A stretch of 64,000 nt of DNA from the human T2T-CHM13v2.0 reference genome, Homo sapiens. The first letter of the stretch is position 1; each line of letters starts with the position of its first letter. Positions 26,764 through 42,438 of this stretch are shown piece after piece. A program made the position numbers and the translations under genes. The stretch lies in the NCBI RefSeq assembly GCF_009914755.1, contig NC_060929.1, one strand, 5' to 3'. The notes below the pieces were generated by a model. That model was not told the origin of the DNA, did not search any database, and was given only the letters and a program-made list of their open reading frames with translations.

Positions 26764-27240
26764 TATGTGGAAGTTCTCATGGGAAAAATGAATGGCAAGA
26801 AATCCTAGCTTTAAAAGAAACAGCTAATCTGCTAGTTTGATTATTCTTCAAAACTTACGCTGAACCAATGAGCCTAATTAAAAACACTTGGCCTACTTCT
26901 ATAAAGCATCATAGCTTTCTCTACGCTTCGTTTGTATACACCACAAAACTCCAGAAAGACTATTATTTTTTCAAGTGCTCACTAACAAAGTGCTGACTTT
27001 GTTGGGATGGCTGAGCTAATTTCTTGAACTCAGTGTGAAACCTTAGCTAAACAAAATTGTGGTAATTTTCCTTAATTTGTAAAAGTGATTGGAGTGCAAA
27101 CAAAATTTTCCTCTTGGGTCAATCCTATAATTTTCAGTTAACTAAAACTAATCGTCAGGCAGGCACCAAACCTGCATTTTGTTTAAAGGGCTGGGAGGCA
27201 TTTCCAAGGGTCAGGATGCATTAATTGTTTTTATAATTTC

Positions 27241-27262
27241 GAGAGAGAGAGAGAGAGAGAGA
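27241..27262. repeat. (GA)11 microsatellite
   Basis: Directly visible. Confidence 0.95.
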
Positions 27263-27574
27263 AACTGGGTGACTAAGAAGTATGTTTGGTTTTACTTCTA
27301 ATATTGAAATACAAGGGAAAGATGCTCTGAAGTAAAATGTCACAGAAAAATAAAATTCGTCCACTTAATTGTATGGTTATAATTACAATTTGTTAACTGT
27401 TATCCCTTCACTGCTCTGTTATCTCTTTGTGTGAAAGCAACTTCCGCTCTGTACTTAATCTGGTCTTGTGGTCTTTTACTGAATGGAAAAGGAAACCTGG
27501 GACTAGTTCGTGGAGACAGCTACCACTATCCAAGGATGACTGACACTAAGCAGAGGGCCCAGAACCGCACTCCA

Positions 27575-27720
27575 CCTGTGGTTCTTTGAGCAGCAGCATC
27601 AGCCTCACCTGGGATTGCTTAAGAAACAGGATCTCAGGTTCTACCTAGACCTACTGTAGCAGAATGTGAATTGTAAAAGATCCCTGGGTATTTGGTTTGC
27701 ACTTCACAATCTAGGGATCT
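27575..27720. mobile_element. MER5-like relic
   Basis: 'gcagcagcatcagcctcacctggga...tcaggttctacctagacctactg...agatccctgggtattt' is typical of MER5A/B. Confidence 0.7.
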
Positions 27721-28343
27721 CTTAGCGTACACATTGGGCACTCAGCCTTTATACTTGATGTCATTCCACAGAGATGCTGCCTGGTTCTCTCTGTCTGATG
27801 GGAGGGAATTCACATTCACTCTGAAACCCTAGCTTCTTGCCGCAAGGCGGATCCATGTGCCAAGGCTGTTTTGGGAGGACAAAAATGCAGCATACTTGGA
27901 AAGAAGGCACCAACCCAGAATTAAATATGAAAACTACCAATTGTATGTAATACAAGTGCCGTGAACAGGCTAGAGGAAAGACGTACTGTTCATGAAAGCA
28001 CAAACCTACTCCATAAAGCCAACAAACCCTAACAAGGTGGCTTAACATCCAGAAACTCAGGACTAGCTACACCTCTTTCCCCTTCTCTTATTTTTCATGT
28101 GGCATCTTTAGGTATCCAACCAGTTATTTCAACAGAACGCGCCATTCAACATGGACACCTAGAAGAATTCTTAATACAATAATAAAAGCACCATGTTTGG
28201 TCATACATATGGTAAAATGAAGAAAGAAAGCAGGCTTTAACTAGATTTTAAAATAAAATACATGCTTTTATACAGACAAGATAAGGGGAAAGACCCCACA
28301 AGACCACGGCAGTTCTGTGCTCACCATGTGCTGTGGTTCTTAC

Positions 28344-28470
28344 CTGTATAAATGAATCTGCCTGGTGTTCCTTTGCAGAACTGCTTAGATTTGTAGGACA
28401 GTGTGACTTCCACAACACCAGGGATGTGCCGAGGAGGGGTCTGCACACGGATGGCATGAGGAGTGATCAA
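28344..28470 (-). CDS. EBF1: EBF1 internal coding exon, second half of the IPT/TIG domain (127 nt; I recall it as exon 10)
   Basis: Minus strand reads ...tctcctccag|TTG ATC ACT CCT CAT ... TTC ATT TAT ACA G|gtaaga, giving [42 protein letters not shown] plus 1 nt. It joins in frame to the phase 0 end of the 47276-47406 exon. [10 protein letters not shown] is the EBF1 form; I recall KGAPGRF in EBF2/EBF3. Confidence 0.97.
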
Positions 28471-31329
28471 CTGGAGGAGACATTTGGGGGGAAAAATTGT
28501 CATTGCAATAGTTAAAACTTCACAGTCTTCCTAATAGCTCTCCATAAACAAAGCTTTAAAACACATAATTAACCTGTCTATGTTTAAATCCAATCTTGAT
28601 GGAACCTGCGTGAAAGACACTGACAACAATATTTACAAATGCTCTGAGTACAGCCATAACAATATTATCTGGGTTTTCCTACATGGCAGGCCCTCTGCTT
28701 CCTGGTTTGAACAGGGAACCTGGCCTAATGAAATGATTTATCTACTACAGGATATCCTTTGGAAAATCTCTGAAGCAGACACCCAAATCAGAGCCGAGCT
28801 TTGCCGTGACTCTCCAGAAGCTGATGGGCCTGGTGTTTGAACTGAGCCTGTCAACATGTGGAAAACACAGAGGTAGGGAAACAGCAGGCCAAGGCACTGT
28901 GATTAGCTGCGGAGTGCACGTATGAAGTACCCCTGAAGACCATTTGGTGTATTAACTACCAGAGGCACAATCAAAGAGCTTTACAGGGGAAAGCAAAGAA
29001 TCTGCCTCCCTGGAATAGCTTATGGATCTAGCAGAACTAAGGACTCTCCATAAAAGGGAAAGGGAAAGGGAAGGCTGGGGAGGCTGCGGAATGATCACTG
29101 GTCCATTATGCAATGCCACGTGCACAATGAGAAAGTTCATTTCTGAACTCTGTTGGCAATCAGATTACACCATGAAGCAGAATTTATTTTGTATTACTCT
29201 TATCTTTGTTTACATAACTAAAATGTTATTAATGGCCATAAAACTGGCATTATCTGGTTCTTTGAAAAATCCAGCCCTGGTATTTGACTGGTTGACCTCT
29301 GATGGTGCTGGATTCTACATGTTCTCTTTCTATGGGATTCTGCAATTGTCTACTCTTTGACTCCTTTCAGATGCAGTTAGCTCAATATTTGTGGTATTGA
29401 GTCCACTGCATACAGTGGATAATTTATACAGTATACATGAGTTTAAACTAACATGCTTGTTCTGTTCTCATGGGGATAACTTAGAAAGGGCTCTTATATC
29501 AATGTGCAAACCAGGCCCAGTTTGAGTGTTTTGCCCAGAGAATCACAGATAACACCATGAGAGGCTGGATGCGGCCAATGGGTCCCTGACTGGATAAACT
29601 GTTCTAACACCAAGTCCTAGGGAAAATAATTTGAGAAAGTTGTTATTGCTAAAGCCCACAAGTAATTTATATCAAATGTTCCTTCTTGAAACAAGAAAAA
29701 GTCATATCTGCATAAAAACCATTTTAACTTAGCAATTACAAATACCCTGTATTATATCTTGTAATATAAAAAAGCCCTAAATGACTGTTGAGGTATGAAG
29801 AACTATTTATCCCTGTACTAAATGGCTCCAGGTTTCTAAGATTTTGAAATTATTTCTCTTTTATTCCGCTTCTTTGTCTTTTTTTTTCCTGTTGTTCTTA
29901 GCACCTTCTAATTTGCTCTTGTAATCTGTGAGCATGGAAATCAGGAAATCGAGTTTAATAATGTAGAGAGAATAAGAAGAAAGAGGCTCTGAAGGGCAGT
30001 GAAAGATGATCTTCCCCAAATCAAGAGCATGTTAATTGTTGAGACACTGTTACTGCAATGTTGGGAACTAAAACTTGTAGAGTACCCAGGAGGTATCTAC
30101 CACATTGCTGGATATTTTACATACAAACACTAATTTGGTCAGAACAATGACTGTATTTTTATCCTTTTTTTTTTCAGGTGAGAAAACAGAATCTTAAAAT
30201 TAAGTTGTTGCATAAGCAACTTTACCCTTGTCATAGCAAGTCAGAGCAAAAGGCAACACTGATGCAGTTCAAAAAAGTCACGGGACAAACACTTCCTTTG
30301 TAATCATAGAGAAAAAAATTGTTCATATAGAAGCTTTTTAAAGGTAGTAACAAACTCAGTTTTTTTCTGATCCAAAGACTTTGTGTGTGTGTTTTCTGTA
30401 CCTATGCTCTCTCCATTTTTCATTTATTGCCTGGAGCTTTGCCATGCTTTTGGTGGTAAAGGATGTTCCATGTTGTTATATTTCAAATAGAAGGTATGCT
30501 TCTAATTTTAACACGTACTTGGGATATAGAGTACCATTAACTCACAATAATACTGATAAGAACTTTCAGCCAGTTAGAAAACACTTCACCTGCTCTCCTT
30601 GTTCTCAGGGGAAATAAATTTTAAAAGATGGAAAGATATTAGTAAATAGATGGATGAAGATTCTTTTTAAGTATAGGGACTTAATATGTATGAGTTGCTA
30701 TACCGAGGAACAAAATTCACGGGCTTTATAAATTGATTAGATATGACTGCAATAAAACTACAGACTGAGAGTGAGGCTTTAGCATAAAGCATTAGGCTCA
30801 GGAAATGCAAACAAATTTTCATTTACAATTTCATTTTCAATTTTAATTAATTGCCCTAACTAAAGCAGAGATTCCTTCTAAACAACAATCCTTCACAGAT
30901 GAGGTAGAATCTGAATCATAATAGAGAATAAATTTGTTGATGTTTTCCTAGCTGTGAATATTAGTCTGGGAAGAATCTCTAGCATTGACACATGATATTG
31001 ATGCTTATGGAGGAAAAACATTTTAGCTAACTTTGATCAATTTGAAAGCACAGGCTTATTTACTAATCACTCAAAGAACTGTAGAATTTATTGCTGGAAG
31101 GAATGCTAGTGATAGTTTAAAGCTAATCTTCTTATTTTGACAGATAAGGACACAAAAATCTAGAAATGTCTGGTGGCTCCGAAAATTGACCCAACATGCT
31201 AGAGGAGGGACAGGGTCTAGATCTAGGGTGTAGAACTCCGGACCCACAAATCACAAAATAAATTTCACACATTGTTCCAGCCTGGTTGAACCCAAGGCAG
31301 CCACTCAAAGCAACAGAAGGAGGGAGGGC

Positions 31330-31850
31330 TAGTCTAAATTTTTCAAACTTTCATCATTGGAATATCACTTTCTTAGTTTTGTCATATCTATATACCACCT
31401 ATACAATTACATACTTAATAATTTAAAAAGTGATTATCTTTTTATTTAAAAAACTTATTTTAAAAGAAAACTTTATGTCACTACCATAATTGGAAAACTG
31501 ATATCAACTGCAAAATAAGAAGGTATTGTAGATATTAATCTTGAAGTTAATATAAATTATAGCTAGATATTGTTGACAACCTGAAGGAATTTATTGAAAA
31601 GGGTGATTAGCTAGTGTTAAATATTAAAGACTTTTTTGCCCTGAGACTTTATCCCTTTAATAAAAATCATAATTATGGAATAAAACAAAGATTAAAAGAG
31701 AAACAAAAGGAGTGATGAAAAGAGAAACCAAAAGGAGACTAACTTTCTCACAGTGTGATTCAGTTCTATTTCATGTCTGTGTCAAATCTAAAAATGTCTC
31801 CTGTACTACCAAGGACCCATGCCCCATTACTTTGGTAAATACTGTTCTAA
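31330..31850. mobile_element. hAT-Charlie-like relic
   Basis: Ends resemble Charlie termini ('tttttcaaactt...' and '...actttggtaaatactg'), around an AT-rich body with 'tataccacct' and 'gtactaccaa'. Subfamily not resolved. Confidence 0.5.
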
Positions 31851-32259
31851 GTGATTAGAGAACAGATTCATTCTTTGACTTAACTTCCTTAAATTACAAG
31901 CCAAACAATTTGGGCTAGAAATAAATATTCTTCTGAAACTCTGTAGCATCTGCCACTACTCTTTCCCTTCCTTGGAACACTCCATTTTCTTATGAGACAA
32001 TAATCATAAGACGTAAGACTTGCAAAGTGTCTGATGGTTTACCAAAGCACTTTCATGTTCACTAATTTTTTAAAATCATGTTTGTGGTTTATGTATTTCA
32101 GATGAGAAAAGTTGATGGTCAGGCAAGTTAATATTATTTAAAACACTTGGATGAAAACCAATCTCTTATACTTATAAAGAAGTATTTTCCAGATATCTTC
32201 TCTTATTCATTGATTCCTGATTATTTTGGTTTTCTTCATTTGCTCCACTTTTCTGTCAA

Positions 32260-33690
<1,431 letters not shown>

Positions 33691-33929
33691 AATTAGGCCA
33701 GAATTCTACTAAATCATTGACTCCACTGGGTATCATAATCATTATCCATGAGTCCAGGTGAGTCTACTGTTCTTAACCTGATAATACTCAACTCTTGTTT
33801 TCTACCTAAGTTGCTTTTAATGTTAGTTATCTGACTAGCTCGACACTCAGATCTCAATATGAGCTTGAGACCACTGCTTGTATATCATGTAAGTGGTAAA
33901 AAAGAAAAGGATGTCTAAATGTCTGTAAC

Positions 33930-34430
33930 TCCAGTGAGAAATGATAAGATGAAATGAAAAAAAAAAGGTTTAAAAATTAATACTTAAAAAGTATGCCACA
34001 CAAGATCTTTGCTAAATGGTAAGAGTGTTTATTTCTGGACTGATAACATTCAGTGTGATTTGTCTTCTCTGTCTGCCTCTTCCTCCTATGTGTATGTATT
34101 TCTGTGTGTGTAAATGTCCCAAACTTGCACTGGATCATGTAAATAATTATGGAATAAACCTATTTGTACATATAAAGCCATTATTTTTATTATGAGAAAA
34201 ATGTTATTTAAAAAGTAGAATAACATCAGTTTGGGGCAATATGTATTACATGTGATTATATAAGAATTAGATGCGTATTTGCACAGAAGAAAGGAAAAAC
34301 TTCAAAATGTTAATGGAAGTTACCTCTAGATGGTAGAGGTATGGGTAATTTTACTTTCTTCTGTATGCTTCTCTGAATTCTCCAACTGCTCAACAATAAA
34401 AATGCATTAATACTATATTCATAAGAAATA
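33930..34430 (+). mobile_element. Old L1ME-like 3' end relic(s), probably two in tandem
   Basis: 'aaaatgttaatggaagttacctctagatggtagaggtatgggtaattttactttcttctgtatgc' plus a weaker upstream copy 'aaatggtaagagtgtttatttctgg'. Confidence 0.6.
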
Positions 34431-36799
34431 ATTTTTCTATGTGGCAGTAAGATGAAACACACATAATCTCTGCAGGCCTCCAGGTGAGGCTGTCAGCATG
34501 CCAGGGACCTGCCGGCAGCAACACTTCTGCTCCCTCTAAGCTGCCTGTGTGAGCATTTTCTCTTCTCCAGACTCAGACCACAGAACCTGAAGAATCCTGT
34601 GGGGGTTAGCCAGGCGAGATATGCCCACTGTGGCCTCTGGGTACAAAGTAAAGCCACTGTGGCCATGACAAGATGGAGCCAGACATGAAGGTGGTTGAAT
34701 GGGGCCTCTCCTTGACAGAAGAGCTGAAATCAGGAGAGAGAATGCATGGTAGTTCATGCAGCTGTGCACGTAGAACTCCAAAGAGGCAGCCTGCAAAGTC
34801 TGGAAGCCCAGAAGAGAGGCAGGGAAGAGGACAATCTTCTACATGCGTATTAGACAGCCTCCCATCATATCAAAAGTATGGCCCACATGGTAGGTAAATG
34901 AGAGTATCTAGTGTTTAAAAATATGAGTGGAAGCATGTTGTAGAATTCCGCAGCTTTTATTATCTATATTGTTCTAGTTCTCACTAAATTGATGATGGTA
35001 ATGACCTTGATAACGACTTCAACTATAATGACCTTTTGTTGTCTTTTTCCCATATGTCAAGCGCTATGTTAAACTCTTTCAGTGATTTACATCCTGTAGT
35101 ATTATGGGGTAGGTATGATTATTAGCTGGTTCATAGATGAGAAAAATAAGTTTCAGGAAAGTTAAGAAATATGATCAAGAAACCAACTGGAAGTGGCCAG
35201 TCGGCCTGACTAATGACCATCATTATACAACCATGACTATCTGTTCATATGACTGTTCATTGTTTTTCCATAATTCCTGGTACATGTACTTTGCATCTGA
35301 CCTCTGCCTTTGAAAGCATGGATTGTATCTGCAGCTTTTCCCATACCTTGAAATGAACTGGGAACATAGTGGCCACTCAAAACAACTTTCCTCACTGGTG
35401 AAAGGCAAGCTGAGAATGATTCCCAAGGAAAACAAAAAAGCAATTCCAAGATAAGCCTTTATCCATGTTTTCCAACCAATAGGAGTAGGTAAAATAAATG
35501 CAAGTTGAAGTTGCAAGCCACAAAGCCAAAAAATAACTGGGGTTACTAGAAAGCACACCAGCGATTTCTCATTACTAGGTTTAGGACCTAATATTTTAAC
35601 CTTAATCACCTTCAACACTTAAAAGTAAAGAAAAAAAGTCCAAAACAAGCAAAGACTCAAAGAGAAGGGATAAAAGGAAGGAAATGTTTCTTCTCTGGAA
35701 AAATAATGAGCATTTGTGGCTAGAAAAAGCCTAAAGTGGGCACTGGCAAGGTGGTTTTTAGATGTTACCCATTGAAGGGTCTGCGTTCTAAGGCATGCTA
35801 GCCCATTCACTCATTGACACCCTCTGTGCCTCAGTTTACTAATCTTATACTGCACCAGCTCCTATGTGCTCTGTGGAGGTGCTGATAATAATATTATACA
35901 TGCTTTATGTTTGGGTAGAGCTTCTCTGGGGACCCTAAAGCACTTTCCAGATTAATTTTTTAATTTATGTATTAATAATTCTCACAGCATTCTCCCTTCT
36001 CCTCAGTTAGGATAATAATATCCATCTCTTTTGAGATAGGCAGGGGGTACTGAGTGATAGACATGAAGCAGACACTTAAATAAGAAAACTGTAACATAAA
36101 AGCATAATTAAAGCTCTAGAACCAAATCAAACTACGGATTTTTAAAGAGATACCAAGGTGTTAGGGAACAAACAGGCAAACTTGTTTTCCCTCCACTACT
36201 CTGAAACATGCATCTTTTTGGAGTTAGACACGGCATTTAAAATATATTATTTTCAGGGTTGCTAAAGGAAGCTGAAATATGAAAAGTATATATTCTTGGC
36301 GACTGTGCTGGCTGAACCTCCATATTATATCTCTATTTCCCTGAAGTGGCTACCACATAAATCAGGGGATGCCAGCTCTTCTTCTGAGTTCCTTGGTGTG
36401 TTTTGGTTTGTTCCCTAATCAGAGTTCTCTGGGTTTCATAACACAGATTCTTTCATTCCCAAGAATTGCCTGTCTCAAAAGCAGTGTATGATTTCTCAGA
36501 GAACGTGAGAAAAAGCCAGAGGAGGCATTTACTGTTTCACAAAAATTCTGGTTTCCTTTTGTCCTTTCAAGAAAATAACTTTAAACCGATGTTTACCAAA
36601 ATATGCTGAGTCACATGAATCCTTAAAGATAAACTTTATGTATGAATGTCAAAGGAGACTTTTGAAATTAAAGTCTCAGGAATTGAGTTAAATGGGGGAC
36701 TTAAAATCTAGCTTTTGAATAGTCAGTCATGTTACTTAACACTGAAATTTCTCTCAATATAGATATCGACATAGACTCAGATGGATGGTAGAGAGATGT

Positions 36800-36965
36800 A
36801 GATATGCTTTCCTATTCATTGTCCGTGTCCCCCTAAGTAGAATATCAGCCCCATAAGGATATGACCTTGGCCTTCTTTGTTTTTGCTATGTTTCCAGTGT
36901 TTAACAAGGCCCTGGAACTAGTAGTCACTCAATAAATACTTGAACATTGAATGAATAAATATCGT
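36800..36965 (+). mobile_element. L2 3' relic
   Basis: 'tagaatatcagccccataagg...ccagtgtttaacaaggccctggaactagtagtcactcaataaatacttgaacattgaatgaataaa'. Confidence 0.7.
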
Positions 36966-38499
36966 GATGCCATTAGCCACCACTAATAATTAAGATAAAG
37001 ATTCACTAAAGTTTCTTATGAATCTACAAAAAGGAAATAATCAACACCACTCCATTCAGAATTCTTTTTACTAAAAAATTCCCAAACAAACAACAACAAA
37101 AAAAAAACTTTTTACTTTCCACCACAAACTTCCTGGTATCCTCATTAAGCATTCACAGAAATATACTGCCCAGTTCTGACCAGGCATCTAACCAGGTCCC
37201 GAAATCAATGCAGTTAATTGTACAAAACAAAATGGCAACAAGATCATCTTTCAAAATAACAGATTTGGGAGAAAAAAGACTGAAGTAAATACATTATGCT
37301 TCCACTACCTCTGGTTTTGTGGGTTATTTATTTATTTATTTTGTAATTTATTTTTTAAATAAACTTTCTCCAGCTCTCTTCCCAGGATGTAGATCTTGTG
37401 CCAGTTGGGCCCCATTAAAGACTGGATCCCATCCTGACCATCTGGGAGCTGGAAAAGCAAGGGTGAGTTCCTGAGGCCCAGGGTATTCCAGAAGGAGAGC
37501 ATCAGACACCAGCAACGCCAGCCCCTGTGGTTTGAGGCTGCACAATGAGCTCTTTCTCAAGGCTTGTTTTTCTAAATTCAGTCAAGAAGGAACATCATTC
37601 CCTACTCAGGCCTGGCTCAGTGTCCTATGTTCCTTGCTTGTTTGTTTGAAAATTAAAATATAAAAGGAAAAGGAAATCAGAATGCATTTATGGAAGGGGA
37701 TGAATGCTTGTTATCAACATTGGCAATTCACATGGCAGAATCTTTGCCTATGGAATTAGTAAAGAAAAATATAAAAGCCAAAAGACTGATAAAGTAGTCA
37801 GGGAATAAATTCACCTTTCACCAAAAGACTTGTAGAGTCTCTCCAAGCTTAAAAACAAACAAAAAAAGATGTCAAAGCTTTACGATACAGAGACTCACTC
37901 TAACATTTTTTGTGGTGTTTGTCATATCTAGATATGATATACATTGATACTAGCACATGCAACCAGTAATTCCTCACTTAACGTGTTCATTCAGGAACTC
38001 AGAGATGTAATAAAAGTAAGCACTACAAAAAACTGAAGCCAAACCCCTTTTAATAATGTGGCTGTACAACTGCTTCTGCTGAAAGTCTTTCAAGGTTGCC
38101 TTATATATATCCTGCTGTTTTAAATAGAATATACTAAATATAATTGCCAGCTCTTTTTTGATTACTCAGGGCCACTGTCATTAATGAGCTGCACAGTAAT
38201 ATAGTTCTGTGTTTGCTTTTTCGGCTTTCCATTTCTTCCCTAGACATCAGGCCATCAGCTGTCACTGAGCCTGTATCCAATAGCCTGCCTCCACACATGA
38301 TCTTCCTCTAGTTTGGGCCTCCTAATTTGCTGTGACCTAGGAAAACAGATAACATAGTTTGTTAAGAAGTATTGTTCTCATTAACCCAAAGCTTTTTATT
38401 TTATTTACTTTTTTGGCTTGCTTCTGGTTTCATGCTGAATTTTAGGGAGTTGAGATTATTATAACACATCTCTGGATAAATGAATTTTATTACATTCAT

Positions 38500-38750
38500 A
38501 TTAGATAGTTAAGAGATAGCTATGGAGTCAGGTGGACTTTGATTCAAATCCAAGCCTTGTCAATAATCAGCTGTGGGACCTTTGGAAAGTCACTCAACCT
38601 CTGTGACCTTCAGTTTCCTTATTGGGGAAAGGGGGAGAGAGTAGGATGGGACTTGTTATCTGATAGTTTATTACAAGGATTAATTGACACAATTCCTGTA
38701 ACAAGTGTAGGAAAAGGCATCACTTGTATCAATCAGTCAACACGTGTTAC
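38500..38750 (+). mobile_element. MIR SINE
   Basis: 'gttaagagatagctatggagtcag...ttcaaatcc...agctgtgggacctttggaaagtcactcaacctctgtgaccttcagtttcctt'. Confidence 0.75.
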
Positions 38751-41700
38751 TTCTATTACTACTCAATCTTCACCATCACCAATAGATTTACATTAAGACA
38801 TTTATGTGCATACTTATTACACAACAATTATATCTAAATATAAACTACCTACCCATACATGCATTAGCAAAACCTGGACCACAATCTGTCTAGTACTGAC
38901 ACTTTCAAGCATTGTCAACTACAACAGTTGCTATTAGGGAGCATTTGTTTGACTGAATGAATGAATGAATGAAAGGGGAAATAGTGTCATTCAACAAATT
39001 TTCACTAATGCCTCAGAAGTGCAAAGCTCTGTGCTGGGCATCACAGAAAATTAAGCTGTATTTATCCTGGATCCTGCATTCAAGGAAGAGGGAATGCCCT
39101 TAAATCAGGATAATTAAAGATGGAAAGGTATAAGGAACACAGTATGGTAGAAATAAGGCAACATAAGAATTTAGACAGAAGAGAAAATATTCTATACCTG
39201 GAGTCATATGGGAAGATTCCAGAGAAAAAGGTGGTATTTTACAGGATCTTAAAGGGCAGAGGGATATGGGCACAGAAAGGAGGGAAAAGGATCCCATGGA
39301 GAGCAATGGCACCAGCAAGACAGGGAGAAAAGTTACTGCAGGTACAAGGAGCAGCTAACAAGTCAATGGAATAGAACATAAATTAAAATGAATGTTGGTT
39401 GAGGATGTTGAAAAGAAAGGTTGGAGTCAAGGTGGTGTGCTTGAATCCCAAAGAAGTTGTGGCTTTAGAAAAGAGAAAGCCAGTAAAGGTTGTATAAGGT
39501 AGAAGGCTTTATTTAGTTCAGGGTATCAGGGAGCCAACCTAGTGATCAGCAATCAGCAAGAAAGGAATACAGCACTATCTAGATATCCATAAATATTCAT
39601 TTTCTTCATAAAAGTCACATGACTGCAGCCAGGTGTGAATTCTGTCATTGATTCATATGAAAATTAGAAATTCATCACACTTCTGTGGTTCCTATTTTCA
39701 AGTTACAGACACGTGTACCTCCTGAACACGCTGTAAATAATGAGCTGAAAATGTCATCTTAAAGTCTTTTTTTAACTATTTCATAATTATCAACATAGAA
39801 AATAGATTTCAAGTGCCTCAGTCATCAAAAATAACAATATAGACTAAGGCTTCTTAGGAATAAAGTGAGCATGGCTGTAACTATGTAACTATATTAAAAA
39901 GGCCATTAGACCATTTTTATCTGTTTTTTTTTTAATATGCTGGCTCATTTAGAAATGATTTCTCATAAAATTACTTGGGCTTGAAAGTTGTTCTTCAAAG
40001 TCATATTCAAAGTTTAATGCAACTAATCCAGACTGCTTTTAAATTTGTTAACAAATAAAGTTTATAATTTTGCACAAAGCAACTTCTATATAATAGATGG
40101 TCAATAAGCACAGGTTAAATATAGGACATGAAACATATTTAGAAAAAAATAGGCAACTAGGAGTTATTTTAAATCCACACATTTAATCAACTTTGAATTA
40201 AATTTATACATGTAAGCCTCAATATATGTAAAATAAATGGACACAACTATTTACATTGTATTACATTTCTATCATGACATTTTGAAAGAGGTAATATTTG
40301 ACATAATGTCTTTCTCCGTCTTAATTTTCTTTTTTATTTTAGTGGAGCTGTATCTCACATAAAAGGTGGTATAGATAAGTCTTCAGAGTGTTAGGGCAAT
40401 TATGTATAAAATTTAGGAAGGTTTGGTAAATTTCTGGAAGTATGTTAAAAGCCCATGGAAATTTCATGAGAAAATCTGGTATAACCAAAAGCTGAATGGG
40501 GGTGAAGCTGGATGTCAAGAGAACTGGGCTCTGAGCCCAGCATTAAGTAGATAATATGCTCCCAGGACAAGCCACCCTACCACTGTGAAGTCTCTTTTTC
40601 CTCACAAAATAAGAAACTATACTTGACTGAAAAAAGGTTTCTCAAGGCCCTTAAAATGTGGTGACTCTACATGTGGTTCAGTAAGAGTCAAGGCCGGGCA
40701 AAAAGGCCTGGGAAACTTCCGGTGGAATACCTGTATGCATCTTAGTCAACCACTCTTGAATATCATAGGGAAGCCAATCCTCTTGTTTATTGACAATCAT
40801 TCCTCTGAGCTATGTGTACAAAGGAGAATGGAAAGTAGAGATAGATAGGAAGAAAGAAAGAAATGAAGGACTGCATTTACCACTTGGTTTTCCAATTTTT
40901 TGATTTAAGTGGCAAAATTGCTTCTGAGCCCCTAAACCACCATTTACCCAACTATATTCACTCACAGGTCTCCCCCAGAGGTTTCTTTTGACTTCATGCC
41001 CCGTGTCTGGGAATGTAGCTGAAGAAAGCATGCATCTGGATAAAGACAACGAGGAGAACCTGTGTGAGACTAATTGCTTCACACACGAGGAAACTTTGGC
41101 TTCATCCATCTGAGCTAAGTGGTACTGGCAATCTTTAAATATAGCTGCCCTACAAAATCATATAGCATCTAATGCCAAGTGTGTACTGACTAAAACCAGA
41201 TGCAAAATATGAGGGAAATTTTGTTCAAAGCCTTGCAGCATTGGAGAATAATGGCTCTAAACATTCCTGGTCTAATCTGAATGATATTCTGCAAATATTT
41301 AAGATGGTTTTCTCACATCTATCCCAGTCCAACCACTTTGTGATTGAATTTCATGACTTGGCTCCATTAACATGAAATCAAAATGCACTTCAGCCATCAC
41401 CAATATATCTCCCTGTAAGGTGATCCTTGGGGAAAAAAAAAAGAGTTCTGCCTTCACAAAAGTTTGGGACATGCTGAATACTGCATCTAAGTATTTGCGG
41501 TGCATGCTAGTACCTCAAACGTTGTGCAAAGCCCTAGAAGAAAGACCAGCAGAATTTGACTCAGCATTTCCCAAACTTACCAGGAAAAACCTCCCTCTCT
41601 CATCTCCCAATGGGTATCTATTAATATCCTGAAGAACTAGTCTTCCATAACATTATCTAGAAGACGAATTAGGCCAACACTGTGGCGTAAGTCTCAGATT

Positions 41701-41969
41701 TATATCAGATACCAGAATCTGAAGCATAGAGAGTAAAAATATTGACTAAAGACCTATCAATAGGGAGATGCAGTTTTGTGGCCAATTAAATTGTTTTGAT
41801 GAAGTTTAAATAATTCTTTTGCAAATCAACATCACATCTGTGTATTGCAAGTGTGCTCTGAAAGAAAAGAACAATAGTGGAAGAAAAGGAGCAGTTTCCA
41901 CCTGCCACCACTGTCCCCTTCTGACTGTGGGAGGATTCTCAGGGGAATAAACTCTAAAAGGAATCACTA

Positions 41970-42438
<469 letters not shown>

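Noticed and set aside
26360-26808. ORFs with CVCVCV / THTHTH runs
   Set aside because: They are translations of the (CA)n microsatellite.
28321-28503. 60-aa ORF as a standalone gene
   Set aside because: Only 28344-28470 is coding. The flanking residues ([11 protein letters not shown] and GKNHSTW) are intronic read-through across canonical splice sites.
31695-31740. Short tandem duplication aaaagagaaac(c)aaaaggag x2; also (aatcta)n at ~53318-53342
   Set aside because: Ordinary slippage products, the first inside a transposon relic.
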